41,762 nt of DNA from Bradyrhizobium sp. (GCA_049286845.1 JBAQER010000982.1:1-41762), one strand, 5' to 3'. Positions 27,779 through 37,919 are shown, numbered from the stretch's first letter. The notes: generated by a model not told the origin, from the sequence alone. Numbers and translations are program-made.

Positions 27779-28402
27779 TTATGCCGCGGCACCCGCGGTC
27801 AATGCCCGTTCCAGGGCTGTCTTGTCCATGCGCGCGATCAATTCATCGTGGATGTTGCATAGGCAGACACGAAGGTAATTGCGCGTCGTCTGGAAATCCC
27901 GTCCGCGCAGCTTTTCGTGGATCGGCATCATTGCGAAATAGGTTTCCGCCAGCGGATCGGGAATGTCCATCACGCGCTTGGGCGCGTGCCCGCCGGCCAG
28001 ATCGAGCCGATGCGCCAGATCGCTGCGCGCTGCACGCCAGGCTTCTTCTCCGATCGATGGAGGAACCGGATAGCGGTCGAAAACCGAGAGAACGACGATA
28101 ATCAGCTGGTCGAGTATTTCCCGGCGCTGCATTCCGTCGGCTTGGGAAGTCAGCACCCCATTGACCATTTCGCCTACCATCGAGAGGCCCAGCGGAAAGG
28201 CCTGCCAGCGAGCGAGCTCAACAGAATGCTTGAATCCCGCTTCGGCAAACAGAACCTTGGCGTAGTGACCGGCACGCGCGCGCGAATATTCGTAGATCCC
28301 CTTTTGCACGATGAAGGCCGATTGCGCGTCGATGAAGTCCGCCAGCGCCTCCCGGCCGCGAATCGGCGGACGGGGGCGAAACAATTTTTCGAACAGTTTC
28401 AT
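27779..28402 (-). CDS. Hypothetical protein upstream of, and likely co-transcribed with, the DUF294 fusion
   Basis: CAGGA RBS, protein-like sequence, no family recognised. Confidence 0.75.
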   Translation of the reverse strand: MKLFEKLFRPRPPIRGREALADFIDAQSAFIVQKGIYEYSRARAGHYAKVLFAEAGFKHSVELARWQAFPLGLSMVGEMVNGVLTSQADGMQRREILDQLIIVVLSVFDRYPVPPSIGEEAWRAARSDLAHRLDLAGGHAPKRVMDIPDPLAETYFAMMPIHEKLRGRDFQTTRNYLRVCLCNIHDELIARMDKTALERALTAGAAA

Positions 28403-28698
28403 CGCGGTCTTTTCCTGCCTGATCGACCCAGATTACTTCGTTAGCTTAGCCTATCTGATGCCTGCCAAGTTCAATGTTCTCAACGCTGCATCGCAGTTAG
28501 CAACTGCAGCAATCTTCACCCCACCAAAAGTATAATAAAGGCCCGACAATTGTAGTGTTAGCCTTGATTGTTTCCAAACCGGCACAAGACCGGTTGGAAC
28601 GCGGCAGGGGGGACGCCGCACTGGCGGGATTTGCATTCCCCTCGATCATTCAATCCGGCGCATGTGCGGACGGTGTTTTGAAGGAGGATTTGCAGCCC

Positions 28699-28977
28699 AT
28701 GACTGACACCAACGACCTGAAACAAAGAGAAGAAGCCCACTGGGCAAAGACCTCGCGTCTGATGTTTACGCATCTCGCGGTCTGGTTCTTTTTCGGCTTC
28801 ATCATCCACATGTTCGTGACGCCGCTCAACAAGATCACGGTTCCGATCCTCAACTTCCCGCTCGGCTTCTACATGGCCGCGCAGGGATCGCTCATCGTGT
28901 TCGTGGTCATGCTGTTCCTCTTCGCGAAACAGCAGGACAAGATTGACCGCGAATTCGGCTTTGCCGAGGAAGACTAA
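28699..28977 (+). CDS. DUF4212 small two-TM symporter partner subunit
   Basis: AAGGAGG RBS, FPLGFYMAAQGSL motif, directly before the SSS gene. Confidence 0.9.
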   Translation: MTDTNDLKQREEAHWAKTSRLMFTHLAVWFFFGFIIHMFVTPLNKITVPILNFPLGFYMAAQGSLIVFVVMLFLFAKQQDKIDREFGFAEED

Positions 28978-28989
28978 GGGGAAACGGAC

Positions 28990-30963
28990 ATGGCTACAAA
29001 ATCAGGCAGCTCCGACTTTCTCAACAACCTTGGGCGGGTCTACAGCATCTACACCGGAGGCTTTCTCGCCTTCATCATTTTGATCGCAGTGCTCGAGCAG
29101 ATGGGTGTTCCGAACCGGTTCCTCGGATACCTGTTCGTGTTCTTCACGCTCGCGGTCTATGCCATCATCGGCGTGCTCTCGCGAACGGCACAGGTCTCCG
29201 AATACTACGTCGCCGGCCGCAGCGTGCCAGCCTTTTATAACGGCATGGCTACCGGCGCCGACTGGATGTCGGCGGCCTCCTTCGTCGGCATGGCCGGCAC
29301 CCTGTTCCTGCTGGGTTACGACGGCATCGCATGGGTGCTCGGATGGACCGGCGGATTCGTGCTGGTGTCGATCCTGATCGGACCTTACCTGCGCAAGTTC
29401 GGCGCCTATACGGTGCCTGACTTCCTGGCATTCCGGTACGGCGGCAATTTCGCCCGCGGACTGGGCGTGATCGTGCTGGTTGCCTGCTCCTTTACCTATG
29501 TGACGGCGCAGATCTACGGCACCGGCCTCATCGCCTCGCGATTCCTCGGGATGCAGTTCGAGATCGCGGTTTTCGCCGGCCTTGTCGGCATTCTGGTCTG
29601 CTCGATGCTGGGCGGCATGCGGGCGGTGACCTGGACCCAGGTGGCCCAGTACATCGTGCTGATCATCGCCTATCTGACTCCGATCGTGATCCTGTCCACC
29701 AAGAAGTACGGAATTCCGATTCCGGAACTCACCTACGGGCAAGCGATCGCCGATATTACCGCGCGGGAGCAGCAAATGATTGCGACCGGTCTTGCGACGG
29801 TCGCAAACCTCAAGCCACATATCTCGCCGTTCATCAACTACAGCCCGCTGAACTTCTTCGCGATCATCATGTGCATGATGGTGGGCACGGCCTCGTTGCC
29901 GCATATCCTGATGCGTTACTTTACCACCCCGTCGGTGCGTGAAGCACGTCAGTCGGTGGCATGGTCGCTGCTGTTCATCTTCCTGCTGTACTTCTCGGCG
30001 CCGGCCTACGCGGCATTCTCGAAGCTGGAAGTTTACACCAACATCATCGGGCGGGATCTGACGGCCATTCGCCCATGGATCTTCAATTGGGGCGAACTCG
30101 GACTGATCCAGATCTGCGGCAAGAACGCTGCCAGCATCGATGCGATCGTCGCGGCCTGCAAGGCGATTGCCGGTCATCCCGGTCTCGTCAGACTGCAGGA
30201 CTTCGTGATCAATACGGACGTGATCGTGCTCTCCACTCCGGAGATCGCGGGACTTCCCTATGTGATCTCGGGCCTGGTCGCCGCCGGCGGTCTCGCCGCC
30301 GCGCTGTCCACCGCTGACGGGCTGTTGCTCGCCATCGCCAACGCGTTGTCGCACGACGTCTACTACAAGATGATCGACCCCAACGCGCCGACCGTGCGTC
30401 GGCTGATGATCGCCCGCGTACTGCTGCTGGTCGTCGCCGTGGTCGCGGCCGCGACGGCGGCAACCAAGCCGGCGGACATCCTGGCCATGGTCGGCTGGGC
30501 GTTCTCGCTTGCGATGGCCGGCAACTTCCCGGCACTCGTGATGGGCGTCTGGTGGAAACGCACGACGGCGACCGGCGCGGTCTGCGGCATCATTGCCGGC
30601 TTCGGACTGTGCCTGTTCTATCTCGTGACATCCCGCTACTTCCCGGGCGCCGGTGTGAAGTATTTCGGCATGACCTCGCTGACGAACCCGCTGACGGGAG
30701 CGCCGCTGGTCGACATCGTGAAGGCCATGGCGTTGCCCAACGCCATGGAAAGCTTCCCGACACTCGCCCACCCGCTGGCCAACAAGGTCGGCTGGTTCGA
30801 CCTCACCAACATCGCCTGCGGGTTGTTGGGAGCGCCGCTCGGCTTCGCGGTCATCTACGTCGTCAGTCTGCTCGGCAAGGAACCGTCGCAGGAAATGCAG
30901 GCCTATGTCGACGATATCCGCAAGCCGCGGGGCAGGACGGTGCTCGAAGAGAAGACGACCTGA
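28990..30963 (+). CDS. Sodium:solute symporter (ActP-like / VC_2705 type)
   Basis: EYYVAGR, NGMATGADWMSAASF, GGMRAVTWTQ, GTASLPHILMRYFT, AALSTADGLL. Confidence 0.94.
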   Translation: MATKSGSSDFLNNLGRVYSIYTGGFLAFIILIAVLEQMGVPNRFLGYLFVFFTLAVYAIIGVLSRTAQVSEYYVAGRSVPAFYNGMATGADWMSAASFVGMAGTLFLLGYDGIAWVLGWTGGFVLVSILIGPYLRKFGAYTVPDFLAFRYGGNFARGLGVIVLVACSFTYVTAQIYGTGLIASRFLGMQFEIAVFAGLVGILVCSMLGGMRAVTWTQVAQYIVLIIAYLTPIVILSTKKYGIPIPELTYGQAIADITAREQQMIATGLATVANLKPHISPFINYSPLNFFAIIMCMMVGTASLPHILMRYFTTPSVREARQSVAWSLLFIFLLYFSAPAYAAFSKLEVYTNIIGRDLTAIRPWIFNWGELGLIQICGKNAASIDAIVAACKAIAGHPGLVRLQDFVINTDVIVLSTPEIAGLPYVISGLVAAGGLAAALSTADGLLLAIANALSHDVYYKMIDPNAPTVRRLMIARVLLLVVAVVAAATAATKPADILAMVGWAFSLAMAGNFPALVMGVWWKRTTATGAVCGIIAGFGLCLFYLVTSRYFPGAGVKYFGMTSLTNPLTGAPLVDIVKAMALPNAMESFPTLAHPLANKVGWFDLTNIACGLLGAPLGFAVIYVVSLLGKEPSQEMQAYVDDIRKPRGRTVLEEKTT

Positions 30964-30985
30964 GAGCACTGCAACACATCTTGGC

Positions 30986-31017
30986 AAACGGGGCCTTTCG
31001 GGGCCCCGTTTTCTTTT
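30986..31017 (+). terminator. Intrinsic terminator
   Basis: AAACGGGGCC-TTTCGG-GGCCCCGTTT followed by a T-rich tail. Confidence 0.8.
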
Positions 31018-31154
31018 CCGCGACCTCGCGTCCGCCCTTGCCGGGAGAGTCGCCGCTTGCCATTGTTCGCCTCGAGCATCTGCGTGTCACATATCCCGGT
31101 TCGTCGATTGCTGGAGCACCGTAGGAGACTCGGACTTTGGATATTGCAACTTCA

Positions 31155-31457
31155 ATGGCCAACTATTGGTATTTCCACCTGCCGAATTTCATTCTGGCGG
31201 CGTTGATGTACACGATGCTCGGCCGCTTCCTGCTCGGTCTGATGGTCGATGCGGATTCGCCGAACTATATCTGGCGATTCTTCTGCCGGTTCACCGATCC
31301 CGTGATCGCCGTGCTCTCGATCGTCACCCCGAAGGTCACGGCCCCCGCCGTGCTCTGGCTGTTTGGCTTTGTCTGGCTGTTCTGGCTGCGCGTCGTGTTC
31401 CACTATACATTGCTGCTGTTGAATCTTGCTCCCCGGTTCGGCGGAGCGGCGTCATGA
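31155..31457 (+). CDS. YggT-like small membrane protein
   Basis: NYIWRFFCRFTDPV motif between TM helices. Confidence 0.75.
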   Translation: MANYWYFHLPNFILAALMYTMLGRFLLGLMVDADSPNYIWRFFCRFTDPVIAVLSIVTPKVTAPAVLWLFGFVWLFWLRVVFHYTLLLLNLAPRFGGAAS

Positions 31458-31777
31458 ATCGCAATTTCTATTTCATCGGAATCGCGTTCTTTGGAATGAT
31501 CAACGGCATATTCAACCAGCTCTGGCTGATTTTCGCGCTGCTCTATGTCCAGCCCATTGCCGGGCCACTGCTGTTTGGGAACCTGTCGCTGACCCTGATG
31601 TTCGCATCGTTGATGGTCTCCACTGCAACAGTCATTCTCGGCGGAATTCCGGCGGCAATCTACGAGCGGGTCACCGGTGCGTCGGAATCAAACAATGTAT
31701 CGCTCTGGATCTGGCTCGCCAGCACCGCGCTCCTGGCATTGCCCGCCGCCGGCAATTTTCTCAAAATCGGCCTCTAG
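31454..31777 (+). CDS. Small membrane protein
   Basis: ATGA-coupled to the upstream gene with GGAG RBS; three hydrophobic segments; GGIPAAIYER. Confidence 0.75.
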   Translation: MNRNFYFIGIAFFGMINGIFNQLWLIFALLYVQPIAGPLLFGNLSLTLMFASLMVSTATVILGGIPAAIYERVTGASESNNVSLWIWLASTALLALPAAGNFLKIGL

Positions 31778-31860
31778 CCGGACGGTCCCGAGGTTGAGAG
31801 CACGAGACCTTGGCGCTACGCTGAGGCTCAAGTGCTTGCAAAGGACGGAGTTGGCGGCTC

Positions 31861-32229
31861 ATGGAAGAGATGCGCCGTATTGCCTATGAAACGGTGCTGC
31901 GCGCATGCGGATTTGCGTCGCTGGCTATTTTCTGCGTCATGATCGGCCTGTCCTTCCTCCCGCGTTCCTCCTTTCAGGCGGGAGGTTTACTGAGCATGGT
32001 GATGACGCTTGTTCTGGTGCTGAAAGCCCATGAAGCCCGGACCAAGGATCACCGCCGCACCGAGATGTGGCTCTACCTCCCCAAGGAAAACCGTCCGCCC
32101 CAGGCCTTCGCGCAAGAGACGGTTTCAACGCTCATGCGGGAGATTTATTTTTCGTTCGCGCGCTGGACCGCAATCATATCCATTGTGATGTGGTCCATCG
32201 CGCTGTTCTTCTCCGTCATTGGACTTTAG
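31861..32229 (+). CDS. Small membrane protein
   Basis: GGAG RBS, three hydrophobic segments, RRTEMW motif. Confidence 0.75.
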   Translation: MEEMRRIAYETVLRACGFASLAIFCVMIGLSFLPRSSFQAGGLLSMVMTLVLVLKAHEARTKDHRRTEMWLYLPKENRPPQAFAQETVSTLMREIYFSFARWTAIISIVMWSIALFFSVIGL

Positions 32230-32580
32230 TTTGAGACTGCGCCGGCAGCCGGCCGGGTTTCCCGCGTGCAGCAAGGTCCCGACTTTCGTTTAATTGAATG
32301 GATGAATGCGACGGTGGGCAGAGACCTTTTCAAAGGCCCTGACCTCGAACGCGAAGGTGATTTTCTCCCGATAGAATCAGCACTACTCGCCGATTGAGCA
32401 GTTGAAATCATGCGAGCGCGCGACCGCGCCTGACAAGCCGGTCGCACGCACTGCGAATCGATGCCAGCCGAAAGTACTATTGGGGCATGCTTCCCGAACA
32501 TGTAGGAGGCTCCCAACTACGCGTCGATCTGACGCAACGCACATGTGCGTGATTCAAGAAAAAATTGGGAGTGATCGAAA

Positions 32581-34245
32581 ATGTCCACCATGGCAGTAAC
32601 CGAAAAAGTCAGAACGGGAGGCATGACGAAGGACGAACGTTTCGTCATTCTCGCTTCATCGCTCGGTACCGTTTTTGAATGGTACGACTTCTACCTCTAC
32701 GGATCGCTCGCCGGCATTATCGGCGCCCAGTTCTTCTCGGCCTATCCGCCGGCAACCCGCGACATCTTCGCGCTGCTCGCCTTCGCCGCCGGCTTCCTGG
32801 TTCGTCCCTTCGGCGCCATCGTGTTCGGCCGCATCGGCGACATCGTCGGACGCAAATACACCTTCCTCGTCACCATCTTGATCATGGGCCTGTCGACCTT
32901 CATCGTCGGCCTGTTGCCCAACGCGGCGACGATCGGCTTTGCGGCGCCGGTCATCCTGATCGGGCTGCGCCTGGCGCAGGGTCTCGCGCTCGGCGGCGAG
33001 TATGGCGGAGCCGCCACTTACGTGGCCGAGCATTCGCCGCACGGCAAGCGCGGCTACTACACTTCGTTCATCCAGACCACCGCCACGCTCGGCCTGTTCC
33101 TGTCGCTGCTGGTGATCCTGTTTACCCGCACGACGATCGGCGAAGCCGAATTCGCCGCCTGGGGTTGGCGTGTTCCGTTCCTGGTGTCGATCCTCCTGCT
33201 CGGGGTCTCGGTCTGGATCCGGTTGCGCCTCAACGAATCGCCGATCTTCCAGAAGATGAAGGACGAAGGCAAAGGCTCCAAGGCCCCGCTGACCGAAGCC
33301 TTCGCCGACTGGAGCAATGCCAAGATCGTCATCCTGGCGCTGATCGGCGGCACCATGGGTCAGGGCGTGGTCTGGTACACTGGCCAGTTCTACGCGCTGT
33401 TCTTCCTGCAATCGATCCTGAAGGTCGACGGCTACACCGCCAACCTTTTGATCGCATGGTCGCTGGTGTTCGGTACCGGCTTCTTCATCGTGTTCGGTTG
33501 GTTGTCCGACAAGATCGGCCGCAAGCCGATCATCCTTGCCGGCTGCCTGATCGCGGCGCTGACCTTCTTCCCGATCTTCCGCATGATCTCTTCCAACGCC
33601 AACCCGGCGCTGGAGAAGGCGATCGAGGCGACCAAGGTCGAGGTCGTCGCCGACAAGGCAGGCTGCGGCGATCTGTTCAACCCGGTCGGCACCCGCGTGT
33701 TCACGGCACCCTGCGACACCGCCCGCGCCTTCCTGGCCCAGTCGTCGGTCAAGTATTCGACCGCGTATGGGCCTGCAGGTTCCGGCGTGAAGGTGGTCGT
33801 CAATGGCAAGGAAGTGCCCTACACCGACGCGAAGGCCGGCAACCCGGCCGTCGCCGCGGCCGTCGCCACGGCGGGTTATCCGAAGGCGGGCGATCCGGCC
33901 ATCGTGAAGATGTCGAACCCGTTCGATATCTTCCGTCCGCAGGTCGCCGCGATTATCGGACTGCTGTTCGTCCTGGTGATCTTCGTCACCATGGTGTACG
34001 GGCCGATCGCGGCGTTGCTGGTAGAGCTGTTCCCGACCAAGATCCGCTACACCTCGATGTCGCTGCCCTATCACATCGGCAACGGCTGGTTCGGCGGACT
34101 ATTGCCCGCGACCTCGTTCGCGATCGTGGCCTCGACCGGCGACATCTATGCGGGTCTCTGGTACCCGATCATCTTCGCATCGATCACCGCGGTCGTCGGC
34201 TTCTTCCTGATGCCGGAAACCAAGGACGTCGATATCACCAGATAG
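32581..34245 (+). CDS. MFS transporter, metabolite:H+ symporter (MHS) family
   Basis: GTVFEWYDF, GRIGDIVGRK, QGLALGGEYGGA, LSDKIGRK, ELFPTKIRYT, PETKD. Confidence 0.94.
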   Translation: MSTMAVTEKVRTGGMTKDERFVILASSLGTVFEWYDFYLYGSLAGIIGAQFFSAYPPATRDIFALLAFAAGFLVRPFGAIVFGRIGDIVGRKYTFLVTILIMGLSTFIVGLLPNAATIGFAAPVILIGLRLAQGLALGGEYGGAATYVAEHSPHGKRGYYTSFIQTTATLGLFLSLLVILFTRTTIGEAEFAAWGWRVPFLVSILLLGVSVWIRLRLNESPIFQKMKDEGKGSKAPLTEAFADWSNAKIVILALIGGTMGQGVVWYTGQFYALFFLQSILKVDGYTANLLIAWSLVFGTGFFIVFGWLSDKIGRKPIILAGCLIAALTFFPIFRMISSNANPALEKAIEATKVEVVADKAGCGDLFNPVGTRVFTAPCDTARAFLAQSSVKYSTAYGPAGSGVKVVVNGKEVPYTDAKAGNPAVAAAVATAGYPKAGDPAIVKMSNPFDIFRPQVAAIIGLLFVLVIFVTMVYGPIAALLVELFPTKIRYTSMSLPYHIGNGWFGGLLPATSFAIVASTGDIYAGLWYPIIFASITAVVGFFLMPETKDVDITR

Positions 34246-34284
34246 CCTGGTTTGGTCCGGCGGCAGCAGCCGCAGGATGCACGC

Positions 34285-34325
34285 AACAAGCCGGCCGCGG
34301 ATCGCTCCGCGGCCGGTTTTGTTTT
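34285..34325. terminator. Terminator hairpin between the convergent MFS and yjbQ genes
   Basis: CCGGCCGCGGA-TCGC-TCCGCGGCCGG flanked by A/T runs. Confidence 0.8.
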
Positions 34326-34336
34326 GGAGCATGGAT

Positions 34337-34807
34337 CTAGACCGCGCCCACAAACTGCAGCACGACCTCGCGCCGGTGCGGATCGCGGCGATGCTCGATC
34401 AGGTAGATCGCCTGCCAGGTTCCCAGCGCCAGCCGGCCCTCGAGGACTGGAACATGCAGCGAGGTCGCCGTCAGCATGGTCTTGATATGCGCCGGCATGT
34501 CGTCGAGGCCTTCGGTGTCGTGGGTCCAGCCGGCGTGTTCGGGCGCGAGCCGGTCGAGCACCGTCGTCAAATCGTCCAGCACCGACGGATCGGCGTTTTC
34601 CTGGATCGTCAGCGACGCCGAGGTATGGCGGATGAACAGCGTCACCGCGCCCTCCTTCGCACCGGCCTCGCTGACGAATTTTTTCACCTCGGCGGTGAGA
34701 TCGACGAAGCCGGGTCCCGAGGTCTGAACCGTGAGCAGCGATGAGACGATGGTGGTGGCGCTGACGGTGGATGGCGCGGAGCGGGACTGCGATTTGGGTT
34801 GGGACAT
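34337..34807 (-). CDS. yjbQ: YjbQ/UPF0047 family protein
   Basis: HTSASLTIQENADPSVLDD, H..EG.DDMPAHIK, LGTWQAIYLIEHR. Confidence 0.92.
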   Translation of the reverse strand: MSQPKSQSRSAPSTVSATTIVSSLLTVQTSGPGFVDLTAEVKKFVSEAGAKEGAVTLFIRHTSASLTIQENADPSVLDDLTTVLDRLAPEHAGWTHDTEGLDDMPAHIKTMLTATSLHVPVLEGRLALGTWQAIYLIEHRRDPHRREVVLQFVGAV

Positions 34808-34830
34808 AAGGCCTCAAATCCGGGAAAAGT

Positions 34831-34939
34831 CCTCATCCTGAGGAGGCGCAAAGCGCCGTCTCGAAGGATGAGTTCGGGCACCAGTAACCGTAAAGGCTCA
34901 TGGTTCGAGACGCGCGAGGCCGCGCTCCTCACCATGAGG
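34831..34939. repeat. Rhizobial intergenic palindromic repeat element (RIME/REP-like)
   Basis: CCTCATCCTGAGGAGGCGC..GCGCCGTCTCGAAGGATG and the inverted partner CATGGTTCGAGACGCGCG..CGCGCTCCTCACCATGAGG, a form common in Bradyrhizobium intergenic regions. Confidence 0.8.
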
Positions 34940-34945
34940 CTTTAT

Positions 34946-35503
34946 TCAAATCTTGCCGCTGACGTCTTTCTGCACCCGGTTGGCCATCTCGATCAGCCGC
35001 TTCCACGCCCGCTCGAGAAAAGAAAACACGCGGTCCATATCGCGGTCGCTCGGCAGCGGAATCTCGATCTTGCGTTCGCCCTCGGCCACCTTCGGCTCGG
35101 GCTTCTTCAGCGAGTCGGACTTGGGCAAGATTTCGTTGGGCAACGTTTCCTTGGGCAAGGCTTCTTCGATCTTGCCGCTGACGACAGACTCGCGCGCCGC
35201 CAGCTCGGCTTTCAGCCTTTCATTGTCGGCCTGCAGCCGGCCGATTTCGGCGTCGAGCGCCGTCCGTTCGTCGGGCACGGCGTAGCAGGCCCAGCCCACA
35301 CCGCCATTGGTGCAGGTCGAAACGGCGCCGGTCCGGGTATCGAGCCTGAGCACACCGTCGGCGACCGGCGACAGCGCATAGCGGCCATTCTCGGTGTCCG
35401 GCATCGATTGCGCGAATCCGGCGCCGGTGCCGCCAAGGGAAAAAACCAGCCCCGCGGCCACAATTGCTGTGGAGAAATTCGAGGGCGATGTCGCTTTGCT
35501 CAT
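34946..35503 (-). CDS. Secreted hypothetical protein with a coiled coil
   Basis: Signal peptide, GRY.L....DG.LRLDTRTG.VS.C motif, GAGG RBS. Confidence 0.8.
   Translation of the reverse strand: MSKATSPSNFSTAIVAAGLVFSLGGTGAGFAQSMPDTENGRYALSPVADGVLRLDTRTGAVSTCTNGGVGWACYAVPDERTALDAEIGRLQADNERLKAELAARESVVSGKIEEALPKETLPNEILPKSDSLKKPEPKVAEGERKIEIPLPSDRDMDRVFSFLERAWKRLIEMANRVQKDVSGKI
35121..35165. repeat. 15-bp in-frame tandem repeat, three copies
   Basis: TTGGGCAAGATTTCG / TTGGGCAACGTTTCC / TTGGGCAAGGCTTCT, encoding EALPK-ETLPN-EILPK. Confidence 0.7.
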
Positions 35504-35553
35504 GGTCGCTCCGCCTCAAACTGATAGGCCGTCCCGGTCCCTGCGCTTCAAGC

Positions 35554-36177
35554 CTACACCTGCGACCTATAGGGCGCGCGGCCGGATTTCAACGCGTCGG
35601 CGAGCAATTCGATCCGGTCCTGTCCCCAGAACACCTCGCCATCGAGCACGTAGACCGGCGATCCGAACACATCGGCCGCCAGTGCATCCTGGCGATTCTG
35701 CTCATAGGCCGCGCTGATCTCGTCGGATCCCGAACGCTCGACCAGTTGCTTGCCGGGAAGCCCCGATTCGTCCGCCAGCCTGACCAGGGTCGCGGGGTCG
35801 GCCAGATTGAGCTGATTTTCCCACACCGCCGCGAAAGCCCGCCGCATGAACGGCTCAGGGTCGAGGCCAGCCTCGATCGCCGCGATCACCACGCCGTCGG
35901 CCAGCCGCGCATTGAATGGCCAGTTCGCCGGCTGGAGATGAAAATTCAGCCCGCGCTTGTCGCGCCAGCGCTGCAACTCCACCATCCGGTAGCGCTGCCG
36001 CACCGGATGACGCTTCATCAGCGGCAGGCCGCCGGTCTCTGAGAACAAATCGACCAGCACCACCGGCTTGTAATTTATCTTGAGATTGTAGGCACTTACG
36101 ACCTCAAGAAACACCTTGTGCCCGATATAGGCCCACGGGGACTGAAACGAAAAATAATAGTCGACCTGACGCGGCAT
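35554..36177 (-). CDS. 2-hydroxychromene-2-carboxylate isomerase / DsbA (GST-kappa) family protein
   Basis: DYYFSFQSPWAY, VFGSP, FWGQDR. Confidence 0.9.
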   Translation of the reverse strand: MPRQVDYYFSFQSPWAYIGHKVFLEVVSAYNLKINYKPVVLVDLFSETGGLPLMKRHPVRQRYRMVELQRWRDKRGLNFHLQPANWPFNARLADGVVIAAIEAGLDPEPFMRRAFAAVWENQLNLADPATLVRLADESGLPGKQLVERSGSDEISAAYEQNRQDALAADVFGSPVYVLDGEVFWGQDRIELLADALKSGRAPYRSQV

Positions 36178-36355
36178 GCGGGCTCCGGGCGGGATAGGGA
36201 TATCGGTTGCTCATCCCAACAGACCCGCCTTTGGCGTGCAAGTTTGGTCGTCGCACAAAGCTTGCTGCTGCACTGCGATGGCGGCATGGCGTCGCATTCC
36301 CGCGCCGTGGAATAAACTCAAATAAATCAACGCACTAACTGGTTACGACGCAATC

Positions 36356-36384
36356 TTGACTTGATCAGACGCGGTAAGTATGGT
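36356..36384 (+). promoter_or_regulatory. Sigma70-type promoter of the atp F0 operon
   Basis: TTGACT-17 bp-TATGGT. Confidence 0.65.
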
Positions 36385-36451
36385 CCGCGCGGCTTTTGAG
36401 GGTGACGGGGCGTTATTTCCATCCACCACAGCATCGTTTGAGCTCCACAGC

Positions 36452-36829
36452 ATGGCTGAAGGCACGAACGACAAGGGAAATGGAAGTCGCGATAAATCGT
36501 CTGACGAAGCCGCGCTTTCCGCAAGGCTCGGAAGTCTGGATCACCGGTTGTCCGAAATTCGGGGCAGCCGAAAGATCGGGACGGACCAGTCCGGAAACGA
36601 GCAGGACGCGGCTCAAGCCAAGGCATCCGCCATGGCCATGGGGCTTCGCCTCTCTTCCGAACTGGTTGCGGGTGTTCTTGTCGGAGCGGGTCTCGGCTGG
36701 GGTTTCGACCGCTTGCTGTCGACGTCGCCGTGGGGCCTCATCGTATTCTTGCTGCTTGGCTTTACCGCCGGCGTGATCAATGTGATGCGGACAGCGGGCG
36801 TGATGGCGAAGCAGTCTGAGCGGCTCTGA
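36452..36829 (+). CDS. atpI: ATP synthase protein I (AtpZ/AtpI family)
   Basis: GLRLSSELVAG..GWGFD...TSPWGLIVFLLLGF.AGVINV; first gene of the operon. Confidence 0.88.
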   Translation: MAEGTNDKGNGSRDKSSDEAALSARLGSLDHRLSEIRGSRKIGTDQSGNEQDAAQAKASAMAMGLRLSSELVAGVLVGAGLGWGFDRLLSTSPWGLIVFLLLGFTAGVINVMRTAGVMAKQSERL

Positions 36830-36905
36830 CGCGGGCATTGCGAAGCGCAACCGAACGTTCGACACGATCCGCGAGAGATCGCGAAACCGATAGACCGAGA
36901 GACGA

Positions 36906-37652
36906 ATGGCCGCCGATCCAATCCATCAATTCCAGATCACCAAGCTGTTCACCATCGGTCACATTGGCGGGCAGGAGATCGCGTTCACCAATTCGTCGGC
37001 CTACATGTTTCTTTCGGTGGCGGTAATCTCGCTGCTGATGATCGGCGCCGGCCGGCAGCTGGTCCCGGGGCGTTTCCAGTCGGTTGCCGAAATCAGCTAC
37101 GAATTCGTGGCCAGCACCATCAGAAGCACCGCCGGCTCGGAAGGCATGAAGTTCTTCCCGCTGGTATTCTCGCTGTTCATGTTCATCGCGGTCTCGAACC
37201 TTATCGGGATCATTCCCTACACCTTTACGGTTTCCAGCCATCTCATCGTCACCGTCGCGCTGGCGCTGCTGGTGTTCTTCATCGTGTTGTTTTACGGCCT
37301 CTACAAGAATGGTCTGAAATTCTTCAAGCTGTTCGTGCCGTCGGGTGTTCCGATCTACATCCTGCCGCTGGTCGTGTTCATCGAGGTCATATCGTTCTTC
37401 CTGAAGCCGGTTTCTCATTCGGTGCGGCTTTTCGCCAACATGCTGGCGGGCCACATCGCGCTGAAAGTGTTCGCGAGCTTCGTCGGCATGCTCGGCGCCA
37501 TGGGTATTCTCGGCTGGGCCGGCGCCGTATTGCCGCTCGGACTGACCATCGCGCTGACCGCGCTTGAGCTGCTGGTCGCGTTCCTGCAGGCCTACGTGTT
37601 CACCATCCTCACCTGCATCTACCTCAACGATGCTATCCATCCGGGCCACTGA
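36906..37652 (+). CDS. atpB: F0 ATP synthase subunit a
   Basis: [30 protein letters not shown]. Confidence 0.97.
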   Translation: MAADPIHQFQITKLFTIGHIGGQEIAFTNSSAYMFLSVAVISLLMIGAGRQLVPGRFQSVAEISYEFVASTIRSTAGSEGMKFFPLVFSLFMFIAVSNLIGIIPYTFTVSSHLIVTVALALLVFFIVLFYGLYKNGLKFFKLFVPSGVPIYILPLVVFIEVISFFLKPVSHSVRLFANMLAGHIALKVFASFVGMLGAMGILGWAGAVLPLGLTIALTALELLVAFLQAYVFTILTCIYLNDAIHPGH

Positions 37653-37691
37653 TCCGGCCTCACTACCAAACCTCAACAAGGAGTTCGTTAC

Positions 37692-37919
37692 ATGGATCCG
37701 ATTGCCGCAAAGTACATTGGCGCTGGTATTGCCTGCATTGGCATGGGTGGCGCGGGCGCCGGCGTGGGCATCATCTTCGGCAACTATCTCGCCGCTGCGG
37801 TGCGCAATCCGTCCGCCGCCCAGGGCCAGTTCGGCAACCTGATTTTCGGCTTCGCCGTGACCGAAGCGCTCGGCATCTTCTCGCTGCTGATCGCGCTCCT
37901 GCTGCTGTTCGCGCTCTGA
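37692..37919 (+). CDS. atpE: F0 ATP synthase subunit c
   Basis: GxGxG stripe, RNP loop, [10 protein letters not shown]. Confidence 0.97.
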   Translation: MDPIAAKYIGAGIACIGMGGAGAGVGIIFGNYLAAAVRNPSAAQGQFGNLIFGFAVTEALGIFSLLIALLLLFAL

